64,000 nucleotides of DNA from Lama guanicoe (taxonomy: Eukaryota), in the NCBI GenBank assembly GCA_013239625.1, contig MU055458.1, positions 728,972-792,971 of the forward strand, in the 5' to 3' direction. A program made the translations under genes and the position numbers. This document shows, in pieces, positions 1 through 11,349 of this stretch (positions are counted from its first letter, which is position 1; every line of letters begins with the position of its first letter). The notes under the pieces were generated by a model. The model searched no databases, was not told the origin of the DNA, and worked only from the letters and a program-made list of their open reading frames with translations.

Positions 1-1368
1 TGAAGAATGGGAGGTCAGTCATGGAGGGCAACTTCCCAAGGGCCACTAGTGGAGCTGGCCTGACACTGTCAGAGTCGGCTCCTGGGCTCAGACTGCAGCC
101 CCAGAGCCATAGTGCCCTTCACCGCCCCCTGCATGGCCCTTTGCCTGCAGCCTGGCCATGGCTGCCCTGCAACACCCCGCCACAGCTGTGTTCTCAGGAG
201 AGCCAGGCCCTTTGGGGCCTCCCCATCTTCGTCCACACAGTTCCCTCTCCCACCAGGCCCCTTCTACTCTGCACCCAAACCCCACCCTCCCGGCCACATG
301 TGACGGCCATGCCTCCCTGAAGGCTGCTGCACGGTGGGGCTGGGGGCTCCAGGCAGCCTCCTGCAGCAGAGCTGAGGGACTACCCTGTACACAAGCCACC
401 CTCCCTGCTTGCAGGCCCCTAGCTCTGGGCCCACTGTACTATCTGAGCTGGTCCACACCAGGGTGGACACGTCTCTCCAGGGATTCCGGTCCTCAGTGAG
501 GGGTCTGCCCACCTTTGTGGCCCATGGCCCACTTGGTGATGACTGAACCCCTGGGCGTCTTCAGACCCAGAGCCCGGGCGGAAAAGCGGCTTTATGCCCC
601 GCTCCACTGAGAGAAAACCCATCTGGACACTGAGGGCAGCTGCCAGCCAGCTGCTAGGGGACAGGGCACATAGCTCCCTGCTGCAGCTGGATGCCTACTT
701 CCCTGAGCCCCTGCCTCTGGACTCCCTCGTGACACATTCCCCCAGGGGGCCAGAGGGAGGGCAAGGGGTGGGAAGGCCAGGCCCGCTGCTGGGGAGGGGT
801 GGTCAGGCCATGGTGGGGACAAAGAAGCCACACCTATTCAGATGGCAAGTACCCACCCTTTGACCACCCCCACACCCCGCAACCTGGCCAGAAATCACTC
901 CCACCCACTGATGGCTCTTGGACCCCTGCGGCTCACCTGACCGGGTCCTGCCCCAGCCCATCTCCTCCACCCGACAGCAGGGAGTCTTTCCAAAACACAA
1001 TGAGGGATCAGTGCCCTGCTCCCTCTAGAACAAACACCAGGACCCCCGCCCATCCTGCTCCTAATCAGCCTGCATACCCAGCTCCAACACCATCTGGACA
1101 CTGAGGGCAGTGTCCGTCTTTCCAGATGAGGTCAACTGGGTAGGGACCATCCTGCTTATAGAGAAGGTACTGGGGTGAGGGGACCCCTCAAGCCACACAC
1201 ACACTCAGAGCTGGGGTCTGGGCTCCCCACTTAGGCTGGCAGTCAGGGGCTCCTTCCAGCCCGTGGCTCAGCTGCATCTTGCCCACCTCCCCTGGGCCCC
1301 GTGACCACAGGCACAGTCCCAGCCTGCAGCCCGGGTTCTTGGTGTGGGGCAGGCTGAGTCAGGTTTAC

Positions 1369-1443
1369 CTGTCTCTGGGCGGCGGCCCCGAGGTGGACCT
1401 GACAAAACTTCACGGCCTGCTCCAGCGCAGCCTCCTCATCCAC
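1369..1443 (-). CDS. CABIN1: CABIN1 exon (~33), 75 nt, [25 protein letters not shown]
   Basis: Acceptor ccttgcttag|GTG, donor CAG|gtaaac, phase 0-0. Confidence 0.95.
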
Positions 1444-2060
1444 CTAAGCAAGGAGGTGCCCAGGTCAGAGGACAGGGCTGCAGTGGCCAGCCTCCCCCCA
1501 GCCCCTGGGGTTTGAAGACAGCTCCTAGGATAAGCCCTCCCACTGCTGCCCCCCAGGACCCCAGTGTTGTCTCCCAGGCCCAGCCCCAGCTGGCCATGCC
1601 AAGTTCACATCTGTGACTGTGTTATTTCATCCTCAGAGGCTGAGGGTGGCGGGATCTGAGCCAAATCGGCCCTTCAAGCAGGCAGGTATTCAGGGCTTTA
1701 TTGGAATCTGGGTGGTAGGCAGGTCTGATTTGGCCCAAAGACTGAGAGCCTGAGGCACAGAGAGCTGAGAATGCCAGGGAGGCCTGGAGACCTCTGGATG
1801 AGCAGCAGGTGGGAGGAGAGGGGCGAAGGAGCTGGAGGTGCTGGGAGGGCCTGCTCCCAACCGGCTCCACCCTGCCCCACCCTGCCCTCACCAGCAGGGA
1901 AGGCAGGGCTCCACTTTTTTCTAGTTTACTACTGGTGAGGCGGTGATAAAACAGGCATTCTCAAAATTGATAGTGAAGATTGCCACAATTTGAGAAACAT
2001 GCAGTTTCATTTCCTTTAAGAGTGAATACAGACTTTTAAAGGTCACTTTTCTTGTTCTTT

Positions 2061-2410
2061 TGTGAAGGAAAAGCCGGGCTGGTCTAACAAGATAACTCAC
2101 AAGTCTAGGAATGTGAAGGAGAGGCTGAGCTGGGCTAACAAGATAACTCACAAATCTAAGTATCGGAATACTGATCTGAGTTCGGATGGACTAATTTGTA
2201 AATCTAAGTTAATTAGTGTTGGTTTGCTGTTCATGTTTTTTTTGCTTGCCAGCTGGATTTTCAAAGAGATATATCTGGCTTTGGAATATTGGTTTGCTGT
2301 TCCCCTGCCTCCACTTTTGTGATAAGGATGCTGCTAAAGCTGTTCCATGCCTATTGGCCGAATACCCCAAGCTTGTACTTTACCCTATAAAACTTTATGC
2401 GCACGTTTTG
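2061..2410 (+). mobile_element. Truncated LTR-like (U3) element
   Basis: AT-rich island starting TGTGAAGG, ~51-bp imperfect tandem repeat, inverted CCAAT (ATTGG 2353-2357), TATAAAA 2386-2392. Family not identified. Confidence 0.5.
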
Positions 2411-2587
2411 TATATGTTTTCCTAGCTTTCTGAGGTATAGCTGACAAAACTGTAATATACTGAAACCTACCCCATGGAAAGGCTCAGGGCAGGGCGTGAA
2501 AGGCCCTTTCAGGGCTGGGGGGGCTGGCCCAGCAGCGACCTCGCCCAGGATGAGGGCAGCCCAGGACCAGGGCAGCCGGCCACCCAC

Positions 2588-3262
2588 CTGCCTGATGAGC
2601 ATGTAGGTCTCGGCCATGATCCTCTCGATGCGGCCCAGGTCGTAGGCCATACCCTTCTGGCCCTGCTGCCACACGCGGTAGGCGTCCAGCAGGAGCATCT
2701 TGCCGGACTCTGTGTCTTCCAGGAGCTTCCTCTTGCGGCTGGGCCGGGGGGCTGCCTCCTCAGGCTGGCTGCTCACCCTGGTTCCAGGGGCAGTGGTGGG
2801 GGAGGCAGCAATGGCTGGAGGGGCCAGGGTGGGCGGGCCAGGCTGCTGGCGGGCGCTGATGCTCAGCTCCTCCAGGGACAGCTCAGTGGGCCGGCTATCG
2901 GGGCCCCGATCCCTCGGGGTGCGGCCTGGCTGCAGGGGTGGCGCCTGCTCCAAGTCCAGGCAGTGGGTGGCGGCCTCCCCCGTGTCCATGGGCTCGGCGG
3001 GCCCTGCCCGAGGACTCTCCTTGTCCCTCCGCTCCCCGCCCTGGTCGGCGCCGTCTCCCGCATCCACAGTTGCAGGCCGGTGGTTGAGGGGACCCTCTTT
3101 GCCCCCTGACTCGGCCCCAGGCCCTGAGCCATCAGCCAGAGGGGGCTTCTTGGGGTGGGGGAGGCCATCCTGGCCATCCTCAGGGCTGGCCTTGTGGGGG
3201 ACGTCGGTGGTCATCTTGGCTCCAGGGAGGCCACAGGCCTTGGGCCCTGGGCGTTCTGACCC
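2588..3262 (-). CDS. CABIN1: CABIN1 exon (~32), 675 nt, [14 protein letters not shown]...[11 protein letters not shown]; low-complexity region with a basic RKRK (NLS-like) motif
   Basis: Acceptor ttcttcacag|GGG, donor CAG|gtgggt, phase 0-0; core of ORF 2351..3355(-). Confidence 0.95.
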
Positions 3263-4048
3263 CTGTGAAGAAACCGATGGAAGACCCGGTGTCTCTGGGC
3301 ACCAGGTGTGTCCAACCCAAGCCTCTCTCGCCAGGGTCACTCTGGCCTTTCCCATCTGCCAGCTGGCCAGGGCTGGTCCAGAGAGCTGCCTAGGAAGGCC
3401 CTCCCCGCTCTAGGCCTTGGCCTCAAGTGGGACTGATGGCGCCCTGGAGGTGGCGCTGTGCCTGGGGAATAGCTGGCCGGCACCAGGCGGCCTCCTGCTC
3501 GCAGGTGCCTTGCAGGGAGGTGACCTGCCAGGGCCACCGAGTGTGCCCTCTGCAGAGCCAAGTCCTTGTGCTCCAGGCTCTAGTGTGCCTTCATGCACAG
3601 AGACCAGGGCAAGGGTCTTGGGGGTCCACCCTGAGCCCTTGCACACGTCCAGCCAGGCCTACTGGGCAGGGGAAGCTGTAGCCAGACAGCCCTGGCTCAG
3701 GTCCCAGGGCCTCGCCTGCTAGGCTGGTCGCCTGACCTCCTGGGCCTCAGGGTGCCCAGCTGTGAAGAGGGACCACGTGCACACCCTGCTCGGCCACCCT
3801 GGGAGCTGGGGGTGAGGCTGTGGGGCCGCCAGCTTTGCCCTCTGCTGCCTACTGGGCAGGACTGCCTCAGGAGCGTCACCACTGTCCTCAGTGACCACCA
3901 GCCTACACTGGCCAAGTGTCTCAGTGCTTCTCAAGGTACCTGCAAGTTCCTTCTCCAGCTGACCTTCCCACCCAGGGAGGCAGGTGAGTGATACTCCCAG
4001 GTGGGGGTGCGGGGACCTGGCCAGGGCACGGGATGGAGGGGGACACAC

Positions 4049-4145
4049 CTCTGCAAGCTCACTCAGTGTGTCCTCCAGCACCTTCACAGTGAGGATGAAG
4101 GCCCGCTGCGCCAGGACCTGACGGTCAGCATCTCGCAGATACTTC
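4049..4145 (-). CDS. CABIN1: CABIN1 exon (~31), 97 nt, (K)[32 protein letters not shown]
   Basis: Acceptor gcttgcag|G, donor GAG|gtgtgt, phase 2-0. Confidence 0.95.
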
Positions 4146-4771
4146 CTGCAAGCACAAGGGATGACCAGAGAGGATGGCAGAGCGTCAGAGCCACACAGCA
4201 CCACCGAGAACATCTGCTGGCCCCTCCACAGCCCACCTGCCCATCTGCCTGGGTCTGCTCCCCAGAAGCCTACCCTGAGCCTCCTCCCTCCACACCCGGC
4301 ACAGTGTCCTGGGCCCTCTGGCTAAGTGAAGAACCCTGGAGGCAGGGTGGGCAGGTCAGCCTCACTGAAGTCAGGGGTTCTGGGTTCTCTCCCACCAGCC
4401 TGTCTCTAGGGTGCCCCTGCCTGGCTGAGGACCCCCCAGTGCTGGGCACAGCACCAGTGAGTGAGACGGAGAAAAGGTGGGAGGTGCAGGCAGGGTGAGG
4501 GTGCTGGCAGCACAAGGCCTTACAGCCGGGCCAAGCAGGAGGAAAGGAAGGGCCGGCTCATCCAGGGTCTCAACAGGGAAACCAAACCCAGAGGGGAAAG
4601 CCTGTGTCTGCCCGGGAGTGCGGGGCAGGGGCGGTGGTTTCTGGGTTCCAGACAGCAGGACAGAGAAGGCCCTGAGGAGAAGGGCTGGGCTGGGCTCCTG
4701 CCAGCATAGAAACAAATGCCCAGGAGGCCAAGGCCAAGGGGCTCGGCTGGTGCGTGTGCTGGCACCCTGAT

Positions 4772-4975
4772 NNNNNNNNNNNNNNNNNNNNNNNNNNNNN
4801 NNNNNNNNNNNNNNNNNNNNNNNNNNNNNNNNNNNNNNNNNNNNNNNNNNNNNNNNNNNNNNNNNNNNNNNNNNNNNNNNNNNNNNNNNNNNNNNNNNNN
4901 NNNNNNNNNNNNNNNNNNNNNNNNNNNNNNNNNNNNNNNNNNNNNNNNNNNNNNNNNNNNNNNNNNNNNNNNNNN
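4772..4975. other. Assembly gap (204 N), inferred to hide CABIN1 exon ~30 (about 164 nt, GIWRIPVDEI...QRTPDQG)
   Basis: Phase 0 (35216) to phase 2 (4145) needs missing coding sequence. The minus strand entering the gap reads gtgaccctcctctt (branch-like motif plus pyrimidine tract). Confidence 0.7.
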
Positions 4976-7900
4976 AAGAGGAGGGTCACTGCAACCGGAG
5001 ACTACCATGGTGCCAAGGGAGATGGGGTGCAGCTGCTGCCCCCACAAACGGGGCAAAGGATCCCCGCATACTCTGCACCCTTCCCTTTGGAACAGCGGCA
5101 GGGCCCATGCTGACTTGATCAGGCCCCCAAGGGAAGTGCCTGATCAAAGGCCAGGCTGGGGGAAGCCAGGGCCTACGTCTCCGACAGGCGTGGACTTAGC
5201 ATAGGACTGGGTCCCAGAGGGTCTGAAGGTGCCACTGCGAATCACGGCAGCCATGGCTGGCCAGACAGGCCCAGGTGTGGGCTCCGCCTACATGCATGCC
5301 CTCCAGCAGTGCCCAGAGAAGCACCTGCCAGCTGGAAAGGACCTGCAGCTCCTGGGAATGCCTGGTTGCCTCAACCCACCTGTGTCCAGCATTCTGCTCT
5401 GGCCAAGACCCCCTCCACATTTCCTACCCTTCTAACTCCACTGTCTGATGGCTGAGCTGGGGCAGGACAGGCTCTGGGGAGCCCCACCACGATCCCCCCA
5501 AGCCGTGCTTAGCCTGTCGCGGCACCAAGCACCCGCCCATCGCCGACTCCAAGGTCTGGTTCCCTGCAGCAACCCCACGCACTCTGGGCCAGTCAAGGTG
5601 TGGTGAAGCCCAGGACGGCCAACGGGGCGAACAGAAGCCCAAACCTCTGAGCTGCGCGGAGGCCGCAGTGCTGGACACTAGGAGCCATGTCTCCAGGGCA
5701 GGCTCCCAGATGGACCCCTACAGCCAACACCCAGAGAAATTTCTGCCCAGAATGAACAGAGCTGTGAGCACCACTGCCTCCTTCATGTGAGGCCCAGGCA
5801 GTGCCCCTCCCAGGGCCCTGGTCCTGCGAAGGCTCAGTGACTTCACAGAGCCCACCTTGCTCCAGCAGAACCGGGAGGGAAGCCAGGGCACCTCCAGGAC
5901 TGACCCACAGCCCCAGGCTAGGAGTGTCCTGACACTGAGAGCCACCGGAAATCTTACTGACACCAGGTGATGCCGCAGTGAAGACTTTCCGGACGACACC
6001 AAGTGGGTCTGCCTGCCACCCGTGCCCCACCTCGCCCCATCACATGCCAGCACTGCCCACCTTCCCATCCCACCCTCTAGGATTGCCCTCCCCACCTTTC
6101 CTGCACCCCCTTTCCAATTCCCAGGACACTGCTCCCCACCGTACACTGATGGTTTGGTGGCATCAGTCACACGGTACTGGATATTCCCAAGCACACTCAT
6201 TGTTGGAAACAACTTGCTCATTGTGCGGGTAGGAAGCTGAGGCCTGGCGAGGGGCCACCTAGCCCCTCCCCACTGACAGCCCACTTTCCTGGGCCAGGCA
6301 AGGCCGCTGACCCCACGACAGGCTCAGCCCACATCACACATTTCACAGCTCAGTTTGGATCTCTTCACATGAAGGCTCCTTGTTAACCTGTTTCCTGTCC
6401 ACATAGGTGCACACAGGTGTAACATTACACCACCTACTGCAGAAAGAGACCCAACAAATCAGGCAGCAGGTCCACAGAAGATCAGAAGGGACCCAGATAC
6501 TAAGTCCTGGGAGATGCCTGGCCTGTGGGCACAGCTGGCCTGAGAGCGCGGAGTCCCAGCGGCCGGCATGCAAGCCAACATGGCCTCCTCCGCAGCAGGT
6601 GGGCAGGACTTGGGCAGGGCTTTGCAGCCAGAGCCCCAGGACCGTGTGGTATGTCCTGCCCCCAAGGAGGAGGGGAAGGAGCCAAAGCACCCCGCCACTG
6701 CCCCTTGGGATAAATCAGTCCTCCCCGTGTGCCCCTGGAGAACTGTGAAGCCCCCGAGTGAACAGGTGCTGGGCACATGGCAGGAAGGAGCCCCACCTGC
6801 AGCAGCAGAGGCCCCCGCACCCACCCCAGAGGGCATGCGTGCAGACCTCAGGGACTGTAAGGCAGCGCAAGCCGGGCCGTGGGCAGGCCGTGGGCAGCAG
6901 TGCATGAGAGGGAGACCTGCTGGGAGCAGACGGGGTGTGGAGATCGTGGGGGGGGCAGCACTGGGGGGACCTGAAGGACTGGCCAAAGCAGGATCACAGC
7001 GGAGCAGGAGCCAGGGCAGCAGGCCGCCCAAGGAGGGTCTCTGGGACGAGCTCTCCTCGCAGGAGGGAGGCAGCACTGGTGCCAGATGGGACTGCGAGCA
7101 CGACTCAGGCCCTGCCCAGTTATGAGCTCCCCCCAGACGCCCCTCTCCCAGTCAGCAGTCACCAGCTTCATCCTGGCCAGGGTGATGCCTGCTTGGATGG
7201 CTGGGGCAGTGGGGGGCATGCAGTGGCAGCCTCAGAGCAGTTAGAGACACCAGGACTGTGTCAGAGCTTGCCCGTGTGCCAAGCGGCTCATCCGGAGTGT
7301 CTCAGCCAACCCCTCAGCCCACCGCAGCGGCCCCGGGCCCCGACCCCCCGGACCACCGCAGCGGCCCCGGGCTCCTGGTTGGCAGATGAGGTCACCGAGA
7401 CAGACCGTATCCACCTGAATGATTCCTGGAGCCCGGACTCTGGGCTGAGTGCTTGACACAAGTTACCAAACCCTCCCTGTAGCCTGTAGAGCCGGGCGCC
7501 CTTCTGCTGCTCTGGAGAAAACCGCATCCCACAGAGGGGTGGGCCTGAGAGGCCTGGGAGCTGGGGTCGGCCACTCTTGGAGATGTCCCTAAGGATGCTG
7601 AGGCTGGGTCAGTGGAGTGACAGGGTGCTGCTGGGCCTGCCTGCACCCTGGCCCACGAACATGCCACCCACTTACAAGGGGGCTAGGAAACAGGGCGAGG
7701 CTGGGGCCTAGGCAGGAGGGCTGTGAGGCTTTGGCCTCTGATCACTGCAATCTCAGAAGGTGACGCCACCACTGGCTAGAGCACTGCTTCTGATGGCCAG
7801 TCCAATGCCAGGCTCAGGCCTACGGCTCACACTGTCTCCAGGACGCTGTGGCCGGGGCTCCTCTCCCCCTCGATTCCATCAGCACCTCCCTGATCACCTC

Positions 7901-8817
7901 AGGGTGGGCCAGAAGGACTACAGCTCCCTGCACACCAGGACTGCTGGCGCAGCCTCTTCATCCAGTTAGGGGCCAAGTCTGAGCCTGGTGGACGGAGGGC
8001 ACAGATCCAAACACAGTTCTGGTTCGCACAGCCACCCCAACAGCCCTGTTCAGCCACAACTCAGGCTGTTCTCCAGGGCACCCAAAGCCATTCCAAGGCT
8101 CCCACCCCACCTGTCACCTTTGTGGACCCCCTACTTTCAGTCAAGGCTCCTCCCATCCAAGGGCACAGGCAAAGGCTCCCAGAAGAACACGTGCCTGGAG
8201 AGGCCAGAGCAGGGGAGACAGCAGCGCAGGAAGAGGCAGGGCCCAGTCAAGCCCTGCTCCGTCCCGGCCACGCTCAGACCCAGGCCAGCTTGTCTGGGAG
8301 CAGACGAGGCTCAGGCCACGGGGGCGGGTGGAGATTCAGATTTGTCCTGTGTCCACACCAGCAGGGGAAGTCAAGTGAAGCCAACCACCCCTCGTTCAGC
8401 AGAGGAGGAGACTGAGTCCAGACAACCTGTCCAAGGCTGCCCAGTGACCCTGGGGTGGGACCAGGACGCAGGGGCCAGACTCCTTGTCCCCAGGTCTCTG
8501 TGCCCTCCCTGAATGCTCACCAAGGAACAAGAAGTTGGCAACACCACCTGTGATTTACAGACAGAAAAACTGGGCACAGTAACACCCTCTCTCCTCAGTC
8601 TTCAGCCATGGCCTTGGAAGACCTGTGGACTCCCCCTCGCAGGGGCAGGCTGGGACCGGAAGGCCTGTGGCAAAAGGCAAAAGGATGGGAAGCCGGCGCC
8701 ATCCGCTGGCACTAACAGCCTCAGAGGCTCCATGATCAAGTCCCTGGGGCCCTGCTGCAGAAGTGGCCTCCAGCCCAGTCTTCCCGGAATCCCGGCCCCT
8801 CCCGCTGCCCCCCGCTG

Positions 8818-8848
8818 NNNNNNNNNNNNNNNNNNNNNNNNNNNNNNN
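8818..8848. other. Assembly gap (31 N), intronic
   Basis: Run of N following a C-rich tract. Confidence 0.95.
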
Positions 8849-11349
8849 TCCACTCTGCTGTGACTGGGGCCACCCGCAGGGCTCAAACAGAAGCTAGGAG
8901 GAAGCAAGCACACCTGGGAACATCCAGAAAGGCCACGAAGGAGCTGGGCCTGGTGCCTTGGGAAGGAGGTGAGGCGGGAAAGGCGGTAAGGCCCCCAGCA
9001 CATGGAGGAGAGAAGGGAGGAGCAGGCGGCTGGGCAGATGATCCAGAGGGGCCTTCCCAGGACCAGCCCAGCTTGATCAGGGGCTGCCCCGGGGTGGTAT
9101 CAAGGGCTGACGTGCCTCTCAGGTCAGCAGCCAGGAGGAGCCGTGGGCTCTTGCTTACTGGCCCTTCCAGCCCCTGAACAGAGCTAGCCTCGAGGGGAGG
9201 TGGAAGGGCCGTGACCTGTGAGATGAGAAAGTCCCAGGGAGCTCCTGGAGCCCTCAGGGGGAAAGAAAGCACACCCACAAGAGAGTCAGGCCCAGCAGAA
9301 AGAGGCATGGGCCCACCAGGCGAGCCTGCAGGCCCTCCAGAAAAGGAATGTTCCAGGTCAAGGCCACAAACCCTGGCCTCCAAGTCCCCTTGACCTCTGT
9401 GCAGCTCTCAGGCAGCTCTGAGTGAGTTCCCAGCACTGCATCTGGGCCAAAGCCTGGACAGGCTCTGGGGTCCGTGCCTTAGACGTAGTCCCTGCAGGTC
9501 CAGGGGAGGCCCAACTCAGGAGCTGCTCCAGAGTGGCCTCTAGGTCACCCAGGGAGGTCAGCAGGGCAGTTTCTCAAGATAGCCAAGTGCATCCTGGGGT
9601 CCAGAGGATCATGTAGATGGGCCAGGCACACTCCCAGAGGGGTTTGTGCTAGTGGGGAAGGCAGACACAGGTGACCTCCAACCAGGGCGAGGGGCAGGGG
9701 AGAGGCTGGCAGGAGGAGGAAGGGGCTGAGAGAGTGAAGATTTGGGGCAGTGGGGTGTTCAGGGAAAGCCAGAGAGGGAGCCAAGAAGGAGCAGGAGCTG
9801 GAGGAAGAGGAAGGGGAGCCTCTGCCAAGGGAATGGGCAGCCCCAAGGGCCAGCCTCATCACCCAAGTGTCCTGAACAGATAGCACAAAGCAGCATGAAC
9901 TTTAATCTTACTTTTTAAATCAGTAACAGAGCACACATACTTTTTCACAACTTCAGAGACTCCCCCACCCCCATAGGAGTACCTGACTTATCCAGTTTCC
10001 TTTGGATGAGTTTCTGGGTCTGAGTCTTTGGGAATGTTGGGAAGAATGCTGGCTGAACAGCCTTCCCCACAGAGCTTTTCTCCCTCTCCCCAGGACGGAC
10101 CCCTCTACACTGAGGGAAACAGAGGGTGGGCTCGCAGCAGCAGGCACTATCCTGGAGGCCAGGCCTGGGCGCCGGACCTCAGATGATGAAGAATGCTCTG
10201 TTTTCCCAGCTCTCCCAGCCCCTGCCGGTCCCACATCCACAGGTGACAGGTGAGCAGGGCTTCCCAACATCCCTGTTCACAGAGAACACCACGCCTTGAG
10301 CACCCGAGGGACAGCCCGCATCCCCAGCAGAGGGATTCCTGCAGCACCCCCGGCACGGGTGCAGTAGTGACTCAGCGCTCCAAGCTCGAGGGCGGGAGAG
10401 CCTGCTGGCATCCTACGCCCAGGAGCAGCGGGCTTGGGGCCAGAGAGGAGGCAAGCAGAGGGCCAGCTGTTGCAAGGGTGGCTGGAGCTGGGGAGTGCGA
10501 GGGAGCTCCTCAGCAGGGAGGGAGGTTGGGGCAGGAGATTAAGGGCATTTTCCCCAGAGAAGCATAAAACCTTTCAGTTTCCAGGACAGCCTCAGTGTTG
10601 CAGCCCAATCCCAGGCTGAGCAAGGAATAGGTCAGTATCTGGACTTTTAAGGCCCTGAGGTCAGGAGCAGCCTTGGGAGAATACCAGCGCCCTCCACAGT
10701 TTTGGGGAGACACCTGTCATCTGTAAACCCATGCAAACTTCCTAAGCAGCAAGACCACTTGGAGACGGGCAGGGGGATGTGTGGGGCTGCACTTATGGTG
10801 CCTGAGTCCCCGGGACCAAGGATGCTCACAGGGTGCCCTCTCAGCTTCTCCAACACATGACCCCATGACACCTCCAAAAGAGACTAGTTCCAGGGCACAC
10901 AGCCAGCAGGAGGCTGAGATGACAGCAGAACTCAGCCTACCTCGCTCTTTCTGCTCCACCCCACCTGCCCCCAAGTAAGGGGAGCATCTCAGACAGAGCC
11001 AGGCCAGCAGGGAATCACCTCTCCCACTGCTGGCCCAGACGGCTAGGTCTCCTCCAGGAACTGCCCTGGTAGAGCCCCGAGTCCTTTGGGGCCAGGCCTG
11101 AGTTTCCAGGTGGCCAGCTTCCCATCTTCCTGGTGCCCTGCAGAGTTGACGGCCTTGCCCTCCCACAGCAATAGGAACCACCATCCTGCTCCAGGTCTTA
11201 GGTTAAGGGTGCACCAAGGGCGGGATCGGGTGAACACCCTGGGGGCAGGAAGTCCTGTAGCTTCCCCTGTAAACCCTGTGCCTCTCTGGTGGCAGGGTTG
11301 TACAGAGGCCACCAGGGGCGCCCTTGCCTTCCCCCCACCAGCTTAGGTC

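Noticed and set aside
1697-1702. Minus-strand AATAAA as an intronic poly(A) site
   Set aside because: Isolated hexamer in an L2-like remnant with no clear downstream GU/U element.
2351-3355. 334-aa ORF as a standalone gene
   Set aside because: Only 2588-3262 matches Cabin1 and is bounded by splice sites; the rest is intronic read-through.
2474-3413. Plus-strand ORFs of 211 and 237 aa
   Set aside because: Antisense shadows of the GC-rich 675-nt exon.
11307-11322. CTCF-like GGCCACCAGGGGCGCC beside the CpG island
   Set aside because: One base short in the G run relative to the CTCF core spacing; not supportable without a PWM scan or ChIP data.
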